Source: the human T2T-CHM13v2.0 reference genome, Homo sapiens
Reading direction: 5' to 3' (one strand)
NCBI RefSeq assembly: GCF_009914755.1
Contig: NC_060926.1
Length of the DNA stretch: 64,000 bases
Shown here: positions 1 through 12,129 of the stretch, in pieces
How positions within the stretch are numbered: the stretch's first letter is position 1
How the letters are laid out: every line of letters begins with the position of its first letter
The notes under the pieces: generated by a model
Seen by the model: only the letters and a program-made list of their open reading frames with translations
Told to the model about the DNA's origin: nothing
The model's database searches: none
Program-made: the position numbers and the translations under genes

Positions 1-1106
1 GGCAATCACAGGTTTACAAGAAATAAATATTTTCAACTCTAATTTTCAGGTATATTTTATCCTTTCTTGAAACTTATTTTGAGTGAGTAGATAATAATTT
101 ATTAGCTACAGTTTTATTTTAAAGAGCTGTAGTCCAAAATTATTATTATTTCAGTTATTTCAGGCATTTTATTTCTAATTTCCTGAAAATTTTTAGAATT
201 GTTTTTCCAGATAGAAACTCCTTGTATCATTAAGTAGATTTTTTACACAACTGATTTTCTTATTGACGTAATGGTAGACATGAAGGAATGTTAAAACGAT
301 GCATCCTTGATAACTATATTCAACCTATTGAAAATCTGAAATTCAAAGTTCTTTGACATCTTACAATTGGCCTTGAATTGTTTTCTATGTTCTGATTTAA
401 TTGTTACCCATGGCCCAAATACCCTATCTCCACATGTTCTGAGGTGTAGATTTGGGGTCTGTGCTCTGGATTTAATCCCCATAGACCCCTGGCTAGGAAG
501 GTGGAGTCTGCGCCTCGCTCTAACGTACAGGCTCCCAGGATCCAGGTGATACTTTCAGACTGCCTGGATGGGAGGCTCGATCTTTCTAGTTTATTCCATG
601 CCTATGTGAAGGCCCCCGGCAGGTCCTATGGAAGGAATCACAGGTGACATGAGCCGAAAACTGCATTCAAGTCTCAGGTAAAAAGTAAGCTCTCCACTGA
701 GGGGCCTGAAGGCAGGTGGACAGAGCGGGTAAGTGGTGTCTATTCTGACAGCAAGAAATCCCAAAGTCTGTGATTCTTTGGTGACATATGGCAAGGATTT
801 TTAGAATGCAGAGAGGCTTTTACAAGGCCAGGTTCACCGTGCAGATGGATGGAAGCCAAGGGAGGTCTCTTTCCTTTGGATACTTCTTGCCCATTGAAGC
901 ATCTGGAATTTGGCACAGGGTCTGTGATTTTTCTCACCATGGAAATCCTCTCTGTGGAAGAGCTCTGTGGTAACAGGGGCAGAGCTGATCTTGCTCAGAG
1001 ACCCTTGAAGAGCTGCAGCTTGTTGTGCATAAGGGACCTGTCTCCAGGTGGAAGGAGGAGGGTTGCTCACTGGTGATGGTGGCGGTACACATAGAATGAG
1101 ACCCAC

Positions 1107-1255
1107 TGGCTTTGGAGTTAGATGGATCTGGAGTTAGACAGATCCTAATTCACCAACTATGATGCTTTGGAAAAATTTACTCAGACTCACTATATCTCAG
1201 TCTTCTCATTCTATAAAAGCAGAATAATAAAACTTCCCTCGAAGGGTTGTTGGGA
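1107..1255 (+). mobile_element. MIR SINE fragment
   Basis: ctggctttggagttaga...ctcagtcttctcattctataaaa...gggttgttg resembles the MIR core; boundaries approximate. Confidence 0.6.
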
Positions 1256-1296
1256 CTATGTGACTTCCGCCCAGCCCTTCACCCCATAATGGGTGA

Positions 1297-1407
1297 GTGC
1301 TCAAGAGATGAAGGCAATTATTCTTATCATCCAATTAACTCTAGATGTGCATTTAGGTTGTTGTGGGTGATAGCTGGCATAGCTATCTTCTCCTCTGCTC
1401 TCCCCTG
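1297..1407 (+). repeat. 111-bp dispersed direct repeat, copy 1
   Basis: Matches 2433-2543 ungapped with 7 substitutions (manual alignment). Confidence 0.95.
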
Positions 1408-2432
1408 GGTCCCCCAGGCCACCCCGGTCTCAAACTTGAGGCAAAGACCCAAAGAAACCTCTGAAGGAAGACACCTGGGCATAAAGTGAAAAGATTCTTG
1501 CAGAAGCCATTTTCCATTGTCAAAGACTAGAGAGCGAGCAAAGGAAGGGGGAGGCTGCTGGAAAGAGGAAAAAGGCAAAATACTCCCAGCCCCAAAGCAA
1601 GAATGACCTTCAGGTTGTCCCAAGAGAGCAATAGGGACAGAGGGACAGCTCAGTACTTAGCTTTCCAGAGTATAGACTCCACTGACACATCTTCTGGGGA
1701 CATCTGCTGTCCAACAGGTGTGGCCACTTGCTTCTGAGCAAAGAGTAGGAACCTGGGCACCAAGTCCCAAGAGTGGGGATGTAAAGCATAAGCCTTACTC
1801 CCTGACCAAGCACTAATGGAGAAAGACCAGGTGAGAACTGCCCTGTGGCCAGGACACAGGGGGCATCTTCTCCCCCTCCCCTGGTGCTGGGCCCTTGTCA
1901 CCATCCTTCCTTTGCCAACACATAGGTGGGACACAGATGCTAGATAGGTCACTCACAGACCCTAGGATAATGTGGCTCACAATAATTTGTACAGATATAT
2001 ATATTTGGGAGACCATATATGTTGACAAAATTTTGCTTTAAAAATGATGTTAAGATAAACAAACTACCTTTTCTTAGCACCACCAATTTACCAAAGAAAG
2101 GACATTCTACTAGAAAGAAAAGGTTAGAAAGGACACTATCAGAATAAAGAAGTGCTCTTCAAATGGAAGAATTTGGCTTTCTTCAAAATGAACAGTGCCC
2201 TTGGTTCTCTTTTTTGTAGGTGGTGGAGCCTGTTTGTGCCCAGCATGGGAGTCGGAACCTTTCTGAGGATCCACCTTGAAATGGGCCCCATGTTCCTTAG
2301 GAGGTTGGGCATAGGAGTCTGATGCCCTGGGATGGCATCTGCTCTGGTCTTTAGTGTCTGCATGGCCTCAGGGGAATTGCTTAGGGTCTCTGGGTCACAG
2401 TTGCTTCCTGGGTAACATGGAGTACGTGAGAT

Positions 2433-2543
2433 GTGCTCAAGAGATGAAAGCAATTATTCTTATCATCCAATTAACTCTGGATGTGCCTTCAGGTTGTGGT
2501 GAGTGATAGCTGGCATAGCTATCCTCTCCTCTGCTCTCCCCTG
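2433..2543 (+). repeat. 111-bp dispersed direct repeat, copy 2
   Basis: Matches 1297-1407. Confidence 0.95.
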
Positions 2544-3138
2544 CCCACCTAATAGAATTGTTCTGAGGATAATTTAGGTTAATATCAGCAAAGCACTTAG
2601 GTCAATATCCAGAATTAGGAAAGGGGTTTATAAGTGAGAGCTGCCATTATTTTTCATTATTTTAACTTTAGATCATCCAGAGACTGCTATGTTTATCTAG
2701 GAGGTACTGTTTTCTACTAATTCAATGATATCACTTGGCTAGCTTTAGGGACTTTTAATAATATCCATAACATACTCATGCACGCCTGAAAAAAGGCCCT
2801 CATGTCAACCAAGTTATGGAATAATCTAGAACGTGTTTTATAATTGCCTTACGTGAACCAGGTAAGGGGTCTGACCTTCACCAGCTTAGCCACCCATTAA
2901 CCTTCCAGTGTTTGGTCCTGAGGCTTTGGGAAGAAGTCAATGCTGATTCCATAGTCCTCCCGGGAGATGAGTCTGCCCTCTCCCCTTGCACTTTAAAGGA
3001 GGTTAATCTGGCCCTGGGTCTTCTGGAGTTGAGTAAGGTTTTTTTCTGAAGGGTGATTCTGAGATATGCCTTATTTCTCCCTCTCTCTCTCCTTGTCCTC
3101 CCTCACCCTACTCCTTTCTGCAAATAATGGGTATGTGA

Positions 3139-3675
<537 letters not shown>

Positions 3676-4369
3676 TAAATTTGCTTCGAATATTAAAAAG
3701 ATGGAGATATGTATTACTTTCTGTAACATTAATATCTAATGCTGAAAGCATAAGTACTTTATACGGAATGACTTAATTCACTGAACCAATATAATGAAGT
3801 AAAAGATATATAGATACACCCCTATCAATTTACAGGGATGAACACATATCCGTGACCATTTGTCTGGAACCAAAAGATCAAAATTCACAGCTCTGATTAT
3901 AGACATCTCCTAGAGCCCATCTCCTGTAATGTATTGTAAACATTGCAAACACATCACCACATAATAATAATGCAAAGATATCCTAGAATCATATAGGGAA
4001 TCTCTGGAGAAAGTATGAGGTAATAAGCCGGGCAGCTGGAAAATGGGAAAATGATTGGGCCTGTAGCCCCTGAAAGCTCGTCCTGCATTGAGAGGGAGGC
4101 CCCATGTGATGGGGCCGACAATGTGTTGTCCATTCCTCATCTTACAGAATCACTCTCGGTACAGTTTGGTTGATTGTATCTGACTACTACAATAATGATA
4201 ACAATAATAAACAAAGAGAATCTGGGACTTTTCCTACTTTTACCAGAAAAGAAGAAGGAGACATTTTAAAGCATCCCTCTGAACCCTACCCTAATTTTAT
4301 TTCTTTAGTTTCCTAATTGGAAGATGCAGATTTCTGTAGCCAAATTTGATGAAATCAAAGTCCTATAGA

Positions 4370-4651
4370 TTTTTTTTTTTTTTTGAGTTGGAGTCTTGTT
4401 GCAATGCCCAGGCTGGAGTGCAGTGGTGCTCACTGCAAACTCAGCTTTCCAGGTTCAAGAGCTTCTTCTGCCTCAGCCTCCCGAGTAGCTTGTAGCACAC
4501 ACCACCACACCCAGCTAATTTTTGTATTTTTAGTATAGACAGGGTTTCACCATATTGGCCAGGCTGGTCTCAAATTCCTCACCTCAGGTGATCTGCCCTC
4601 CTCAGCCTCCCAAAGTTATGGGATTACAGGTGTGAGCCACCGCACCCAGCC
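4370..4651 (-). mobile_element. Alu (AluS-type) with small deletions
   Basis: Poly-T, cccaggctggagtgcagtgg ... gagccaccgcacccagcc. Confidence 0.92.
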
Positions 4652-4980
4652 CAAAAGAATAATTTGAACTAAATGAATTTCATATTTTTAATTGAAAGTC
4701 TGGACTTTTATGAAAGAACATATTTATCTGTTAAACATTAACTGAGAAATTGGAATGAAGACAGCCCTTTTCCATTTAGTTAGGAGAGAAAGAAAAATGA
4801 ATAATAATAATGGTATTAATATTATTTTTAAAAGGCTTTAAATACAAGTATGAGTAGGATTATTATATAAAATAATGGTCATTAGGTATCAAAACTGACT
4901 TTTCCATCCTTAAAGAACTACTTTTTGGAAACTAAGCATGATTAGTAAGGAGGGGAGACCTTTGGTCTCCTAGCTGCACC

Positions 4981-5477
4981 TGTTGCCAGAAGAAGGGGTC
5001 CCTATCTAGACGGCAAGAGAGGGTTCGTGGATCTCGCGCAGGAAAGAATTCAAGGTGAGTCACAGGGTGCAGTGAGAAGACAGAGAGTTTATGGAAAGCT
5101 GCTCAGAGTAGGGCATTCTCAGAAGGCAGGAGGAGGAAAGCCTCCTCTTTGTTTTAAGTTTTTCTTACATAGGGGTCTTATCTATGTAAAAGCTAAGCTA
5201 TATCTGCATGTGGGCGGGCTGACAGCATGACAACATTTATTACTTTGCTGATTTAAAGGAAATGATTCCTGGCGTTTACTGCGTAAATGCATTTAGCGCG
5301 TAACTATATTGGGCCAGCCAAACAGTCCGCTGTCGGAGGAGTGTGTCCTTGCAGGTGTTATTAAGCTGCTTCCTCAGCCTTAAACATGTAATGACCATGG
5401 GTCATGACTAGCAAGGAATGTGCCTTGATTTCAAAATGGTGTCTCTCTGGCTCTCCTATGCTCCTGCTTCCCTAACA
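4981..5477 (-). mobile_element. ERV1-class solo LTR (possibly LTR36-like)
   Basis: TG...CA termini, 4-bp TSD CACC (4977-4980, 5478-5481); family from recalled consensus and uncertain. Confidence 0.8.
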
Positions 5478-6264
5478 CACCCATCAATGAACGAGACATG
5501 CCTCCTTTCTGATGATGCCACATCTATGTCCTGAGCCCCCCACTGCCTGATTAGTGGGCAGTGCCATCTTTTCCTGGTGTCTTCTTGCCCAATTGCTCCT
5601 TTTTGGAGTCCTCAGTGGGAGGAGAGGGTGGTTCTCATGGGCCCCCTGATTGAACCTGGGGGTATTCACCACCCACCACACACCCCCTAGTGGGCTTGGG
5701 GTCCCTGGGGGTTGTGGTGGCTGTCCAAGCTGCCAGCCTCTTGCTGCTGTCCCTGCCCCTCACCACCAGCCTCCAGGGTGTGCCAGTCCAGCTCTTCTCC
5801 CGGGGCTTTCTCTAATCATTTTGTCAATTTGTCTTGATTGTGGAGTAGATAAAGGCATTAAGCGTAACAAATTTACATCTTCTTTCTGTTTGGACACTTA
5901 AAAGAAATAGCATAATAAGAACAATGCAAGTAAACTCTTTTAGAAGGAGTTGCATTTATGTAATATTGGGAGATGGCGTTTACTAAGATGGTTGTGATAT
6001 AAACTAGACAAATGTTTTTAAGGATTTTCTTAAAAAAGGGCTCAGGGAGGACATGTTTTGTATCAAATAACTTGATTGGCTTCTGAATCAAAAATGTATT
6101 CTCTCTCCACTACTCCAGGTGATCCCCTGGGCATATTCTGTGTAGGCCTGGAACCAGGAGTCCAAGGCATGAGTTTGAAGAAGGCAGGTTTAGAATCGAG
6201 GAAAGAAAAACCCTGAGCTGTTAGCTGAGGTGAGAGGGGCGTGATGGCGCAGGGATGGTGTCCA

Positions 6265-6290
6265 GGGGCAGGGTGGGGTGGGGGCAGGGG
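6265..6290 (+). other. Potential G-quadruplex
   Basis: GGGG CA GGG T GGGG T GGGGG CA GGGG: five G-runs, short loops. Confidence 0.6.
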
Positions 6291-6372
6291 CATGTCAGTA
6301 TCAGAGTTTCCTAGGGAGACACCCAGGTCCCTCCTGGAGAGACCTGGTGAGATCTCAGATAGCAAAGGTTAA

Positions 6373-6717
6373 ATTTGCAAATCACTCAATGAGGAGTCAA
6401 AAACAGCAGCTCCTGGGGAGCTAGTGAGACTACAGGATTCATGCTAATGACAGTATTAAGAGTGACGGGAAACGACTTTGTCCTCATCAGTGAAAGTCAT
6501 CTCCAGACAGCAATAAATTGATTCCTGAATATTGTGTGTGGCATAAATAAATAAATAAATAGGCCAGAAACGAAATTCTAATAGACTTGGTGGAAAGTAA
6601 TTTGCAAACAAATCTTTCTGCTGCTGGGGATGCAAACGGCATCTGTGGGAGAGGTCGTCAGTGTCTCTAACACATTTCCTAATTACTAATGCTAATTACT
6701 TGCATCGTCATTTGCAT
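6373..6717. promoter_or_regulatory. Candidate enhancer with octamer (POU) motif cluster
   Basis: ATTTGCAT 6710-6717; near matches at 6373, 6441, 6600, 6630, 6689 in unique sequence. Confidence 0.4.
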
Positions 6718-7130
6718 ACCATCTTGAGGCAGAAGCTACGAGGGCCCAGGAGTAGGTTTTTTTCTTTCTTTCTCTTTCTTTCTTTTTTTTTTTTTGTTCC
6801 TGTTCATTCAGAAATGGAGAATAAAGAATTCTACCTAGGCTGAGTGCTTGTCAATGCACAGGACAGCTGGAACAGATTTTGCCCCTCTCTTTTTAGAGTC
6901 TGGCAGCTTCCAGCTCTCAGATCTAAACATAAAGCCAACTACAGATATATGTGTGTGTATATATATAATTGGGAAATGGATATAAATGGAGATATATATA
7001 TGGCCAATTTGCAAGAATTTTTAGGCACTTCCAATTCTGGGAATCCATATGGCCCAGTGGTTAAAAGCCCAGGCCCTGGATTCAGACCCCGACTCAGCCA
7101 CTTACTAGCTCTGAGATCTACAGAATGGAG

Positions 7131-7498
7131 TGTTTAAAAAAGAAGAAGAAAAAAAAACTTTAGACAAATTAAATCTGACAGAGTTTAATTGAGCAAAGAA
7201 CAACTGATGCATCGGACACCCCCCAGAACTAAAATAAATTCTGAGCAACTCTGTGGCTGCCACAAGGTTGGTTAACATTTATGGACAGAAAAAGGCCAGT
7301 GACTTATGGAAAACAGAAGTGAGGGACAGAAAACGGCCAGGTTGGCTGTAGCTCCGCGTTGCCTTATTGGAACACAGTGTGAACAGTGGGCGCCCTGTGA
7401 TGGGCTGAAACTCTGTGATTGGCACAGGAATAGGTTATAGCCTGTTTATATGTCCAATTAGGTTACAGTCCACTATGTACAGAGAAAACCTTAATACA
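7131..7498 (-). mobile_element. ERV1 solo LTR, MER57-family-like, splitting a MIR
   Basis: agacaaattaaat...gagtttaattgagcaaagaa...gtgattggc typical of MER57 group; MIR pieces on both sides. Confidence 0.7.
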
Positions 7499-8240
7499 GG
7501 GTGTTCCTTCTAAGGTTGCTGTGAAGATCTGCACCGCTGCAGGCCTAGAGCATCAGCAAAGATAGATTCTTGTTCCTGCTAGTGCAAGATAGATGTTGAC
7601 TCCTGTCCTGAACCAACAGCCATTTCATTTGTCCTGACTAAACTGGTAGTGAGTTCAATGAAGGGTGTGAGTCTTTGCCTAGAGGGGTGAGTGTCAGGCC
7701 GGGATTCCTCTGTACTCAGGGCTCCTGGCTTTATGCTACCTCTGCTTATTGTTAGAGATACCCCAAAAGCAGCCACGTTGGTGCATTCCCTGCCCTGCCC
7801 ACCCTGTGGCCTGCGGAGAATTACAGTCTATGAAAGTAAGTGTGGAGAGACCAGCCCACGTTGGGAGGGCTAGGGGAGAGTGATGAACTTTGGGCCTTCC
7901 TAACTGAGAAGAAATCGTCTGCAGAGCTGACTGACAGGTGGCCACCTGGCTGTTTTGGCTTCTTGTTTGTTTTTATTGTTTTTAAAAAAAACAGCAGCAG
8001 AAAATTGTAGAGAATTAGATTTCTTTTTTTCCACTTCAGAAGATGGAGTATGTGTTTCTCAACCCATCTGCAGAGTTTATACCATGGCAGAAATTTTACC
8101 TTGATATTGACTTCTGGCTCTTCCTTTTTGTATTTGACTATCTTTATAGATTTTTAAAGTGAGAGGTGCAATGAAGCCATTGCAAATATAAGCTAGTTTT
8201 CCTTTGTTATTCTAACCCCAATATTTAAGCGTTATTTCTC

Positions 8241-9087
8241 TGGTATTGCAAATATTTTTAAATTTTCTGTATATAAAAACTTCTCTGGCTGGGTGAGACT
8301 GCCCCTCCTGGGGTAGCCAATTCTTTTTTTTTTTTTTCTGAGATGGAGTCTCCCTCTGTTGCCCAGGCTGGAGTGCAATGGTGCGATCTCAGCTCATGGC
8401 AACCTCTGCTCCCGAGTTCAAGCAACTCTCCGGCCTCAGCCTCCTGGGTAGCTGACATTATGGGCACGTGCCACCATGCCTGGCTAATTTTTGTATTTTT
8501 TTTTTTAGTAGGGATGGAGTTTCACCATGTTGGTAGGGCTGGTCTCAAACTCCTGACCTAGTGATCCACCCTCCTCGGCCTCCCAAAGTGCTGGGATTAC
8601 AGGCGTGAGCCACCGCGCCCAGCCAAGGTAGCCAATTCTTAAAGATACTAAGCAGCCCAGCCAGGAGCATGCCTCTGATATGCACCTAACCCTTGCTGAG
8701 ACTACCTATCTATACTCCCAAATATCCCCGGAGTCAATATTCTTCTGCCTTAATCATCCTAGGACCAGGTACTAGGCAATTAGAGACCCGATAGTGCAAA
8801 GTCTGCTACAATTATTCAGACTAGCCAATCCTAAACTAAACTACACACTAAACTGTTCTTGCTGCCCTGCCCTACCCTGCTTTTCCTTCAGAAACCCAAA
8901 CAAAGACAGTGGCCTAAACCTCATGTCTTCTGCCTCTGACCATCCTGGTGTCTTTCCCATGTGGCCTTATGTGATGTGCTGTGCTTCCTGTCTCTCGAAC
9001 CTGTGAATATTATATTCACAGGTTATTTTTGTCTCCTCTGTCCCCTTTGGTGGCCACACCTGAATAACCATAAAAGAATACAAAACA
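8241..9087 (+). mobile_element. ERVL LTR, MER73/MER74-like, interrupted by Alu
   Basis: gagactgcccctcc...tagccaattctt|aaagata...ccaggagcatgcc...gccttaatcatcc matches recalled consensus. Confidence 0.7.
8326..8624 (-). mobile_element. Alu (AluS-type), full length
   Basis: Perfect 14-bp TSD GGTAGCCAATTCTT (8312-8325, 8627-8640). Confidence 0.95.
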
Positions 9088-9897
9088 TCTTTCTTTAAAA
9101 GAAAATAAAATGAGTACCTTCCTATTACTAAAATATAGAGTAATTATATCGTAATAATTTGGGACAATTATTTGAGATGTAAAATGTGAGATTTTATTAA
9201 CAAATTAGATACTTGAAGTGTCTTTGTAGCTTGATAAATTATGATTTGTTGTGTGCTGATGTCTGCTTAAAATGTTAGGTATGAAGTCTTGTAAAGAGTC
9301 CCAAAATGAACTTTGCTGCATTTAATTACATGTTGTTGAGTGAATTCATTATGCTATACTCCATGAGAGTTTTCTAATTCCTTTTCCTACAGGTATAATA
9401 ATAGTCTTTGTATTTCTGGAGTATATTTAAGCTTATATAAATGTTAATCGTCACATGAATCACAAATTCAGTCCATTACTCAACATCACCCTATATTAGT
9501 GTTTTATTGCTGCCTATCAAACTGAGCAAACTTAACAGTTTAAAGCATCTCACAGTCTCCATGGGTCAGCAGTCTGGCCATGGCTTAGCTGAATTCACTG
9601 CTCAGGGTCTCACAAGCCTACAGTCCAGATGCTAACTGGTCTGTGTTCTCATCTGGGTCCTTGACTGGGGAAGAGTCTGGTTCCATGCCCTCTCCCATTG
9701 TTGACAGATTTGATCTTGTGCCCCTAGGGCTGAAGTTGGTTTCTGTTTTGCTGCTGGCTACGAGCAGGGGCTGCTCTCAGGATCTCCAAGAGGGCACTGG
9801 AAGTTTCCTGCCATGTGGCTCTCTCCAGAGGCCTCCCACAGCATGGCTGGTACTTCTTCAAGGCCAGCAGGAGAATCTCTTTGCTGAGATACAGTCT

Positions 9898-9995
9898 CTT
9901 CCTTCCTTCCTTCCTTCCTTCCCTCCTTCTTTCCTTCCTTCCTTCCTTTTTCTTTCTTTCTTTCTTTCTCTTTCTTTCTTTCCTTTCTTTCTTTT

Positions 9996-10062
<67 letters not shown>

Positions 10063-10231
10063 CTTTCCTTCCTTCTTTCTTTCTTTCATTTCTCCCCTCC
10101 CTCCTTCCTTCCTTCCTTCCTTTCTCTCTCTCTCTTTCTTTCTTTCTCTTTCTTTCTTCCTTTCTCTCTCCCTCCCTCCCTCTCTCTCTTTCTTCCTCCC
10201 TTCCTCTCTCTCTCACTCTCTTTCTTTCTTT
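9898..10231 (+). repeat. Compound (TTCC)n/(TTTC)n polypyrimidine tract
   Basis: About 330 bp almost purely C/T. Confidence 0.97.
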
Positions 10232-10289
10232 GCTTCTGACATGAGCCCTGCCTGCATGGTGCTGCTTTAAATTAAAATGTGAGGGGATC

Positions 10290-10630
10290 CATTTGGGGGT
10301 ATGGTCAGTTGGGGGAAATAAGAGTTCTGTTTTATATATGTTAAATTTAAATGACTGTGCGACATTCAACTAGAAATATCAACTGTGGATATGTGAGTCT
10401 AGACCTCAGAAGAGTGATCCTACCTAGAGGTATAAATCTGGTGTGTTTCAGCATAAAAATGGTATTTAAATCCATGAGAACATTTAAAAATCACCTAGGA
10501 AGAGAAAAATAGGTGGAATAGAAATACAAGAAAAGCCCAAGAAAAATATCATTTTTAAAAAGAGAAAGGACCATGACCCAAACCTTAGGAATGCAGTATT
10601 CAAAGGTTGGAAAGAGGAGGAGAAGCCACA
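10290..10630 (-). mobile_element. L2 LINE fragment
   Basis: aagagttctgtttta...atgttaaattt...ggatatgtgagtctaga...atggtatttaaa is antisense L2. Confidence 0.65.
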
Positions 10631-11029
10631 GAATAAGGTAGAGTCTGAAATAATGTAATCTAATCAAGGAAGTAACAGTCCCTATTTCATCAATTCTGCC
10701 ATATTCTATTGATGAGAAGAAGTGGTGGTCCTGCCAGCACCCAAAGGGTACAGGGAGACTCAGGGCATGAACACTGTGGGCAGGGATCCTGGGCCATATT
10801 AGACTTCTGCCTGCCATTGGCCACATTTTTTGTGATTATGGCCTCATGAGTTAGGGAAATCTAAGAGATTTCAGGTGTGTTCTAATGGGCAGGAAAGAAT
10901 GACATTTTTATCCCAACTTAGATTTAGAGATTTTGAGAAACTTCACTGCTTGCTTGCTTAATTATTCATGTATTTTTGGAGTAGTAGAATTTGCTAGATT
11001 CTTTTTACCTCTTGGGGTACTCATCCTTC

Positions 11030-11331
11030 ATCTATATGAGTGCTGGCTGATATAGGGAGTATAAAAGCCCATTTCCCTTGCCTCCAGGTGGTATAATTCT
11101 AAGGCGCATTTTATGTACCAAACACCCTACCACCACCACACACCTGCTCCATGGGTTAAGCCAAGGTTAGACTTTACCTGAGGCCACCTTCTTGTTTTCC
11201 TCCTTTCTCTCCCCTTTCCTGCTTCCTCCCTCCCTTACAGGTGTCTCCGAAAGAGACCCCTCCCTATAGATCATGTTGACCTGAATCCCTGACTTGGGCT
11301 GTGCTTCCAGGGAATCTGACCTGACCTGAGA
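11030..11331 (+). mobile_element. LTR16-like ERVL LTR 3' part
   Basis: cttcctccctcccttacaggtgtctcc...gaatccctgacttgggctgtgcttccagggaa...gagaca. Confidence 0.55.
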
Positions 11332-11389
11332 CATCCACCTTGTCTCAACAGAACTGTCAGATGCTCTAGCGCAACAATCACCTGCCTGG

Positions 11390-11590
11390 GCTTCAGTACC
11401 AGGGAAGTCTAGGTTTGTTTCCTGGCTCTGCCACTTACTAGCTATGTACAACTGTTACTAAATCTCTCAAAGTCACAGTTTCTCTACCAGCAAAATGGAT
11501 GTAATAAGGGTAAGAAGATTAAAGATAGACGGTTTGTAAAATGCACATCACATAATAAATACTTGAGAAATTTTAGCTATTTTTATTATT
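11390..11590 (+). mobile_element. MIR SINE
   Basis: cctggctctgccacttactagct...cagtttctc...aaaatgg. Confidence 0.75.
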
Positions 11591-12129
11591 TCCAAGAGAT
11601 GAGTATAATAATAAGATGAGTATATAGATATACTTTTCAAGGAAATATGTCTTTTAAAACTTTAAGCTCCACACGTATGCCTTCTTTCACATCTGAAATA
11701 ATTATGCAAGCTCTCCAGGCAGTGGCTTTGATTTGTTTTTGATACTTGTGGTAATAGGTTCCATTGGAACATTGCCTCTCTCTGGGCACTGCCCCTGGAC
11801 CAATGGCTCCCTGTGGCAAGGCTTCTGCAGTTACTAGGTGGCTAAGAGGTCCAAACCTAGTTTCACTTCGGGGACTGGGAGCCAGGTCTGTGAGTTCTTT
11901 AGCAACTTGCTTTTGTTCGTTTTGAAGCAAATCAGTCTAGGCATTCCGGGCTTCTTCCAGCTGGGCAGCTCACTCACTGCCCTGAGCAAGGAAAAATTAA
12001 AGCTCAGATCACAGTACTCTCCTTCATTAGAGGGTACTCATGTGTGTGGAGGGCAGTGGGAGGGCTCACAGGAGAGAAGGAATGTAAATACTTACCCAGC
12101 AGATTTTATTTTATCCCTGTTCCATTATG

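Larger units (their letters stand above)
9492..10817 (-). mobile_element. MLT1E-like MaLR LTR in two pieces (9492-9897, 10634-10817)
   Basis: atggcttagctg...gctcagggtctcacaag...ttcttcaaggccagc and gccatattctattg...gggccatattaga...ctgcctgcca. Confidence 0.7.

Noticed and set aside
9643-10369. Long ORFs of 121-203 aa
   Set aside because: Translations of the (TTTC)n tract; low complexity only
12088-12102. ATACTTACCCAGCAG similar to the U1 snRNA 5' end
   Set aside because: Similarity stops after 15 nt; just the complement of a donor-like motif
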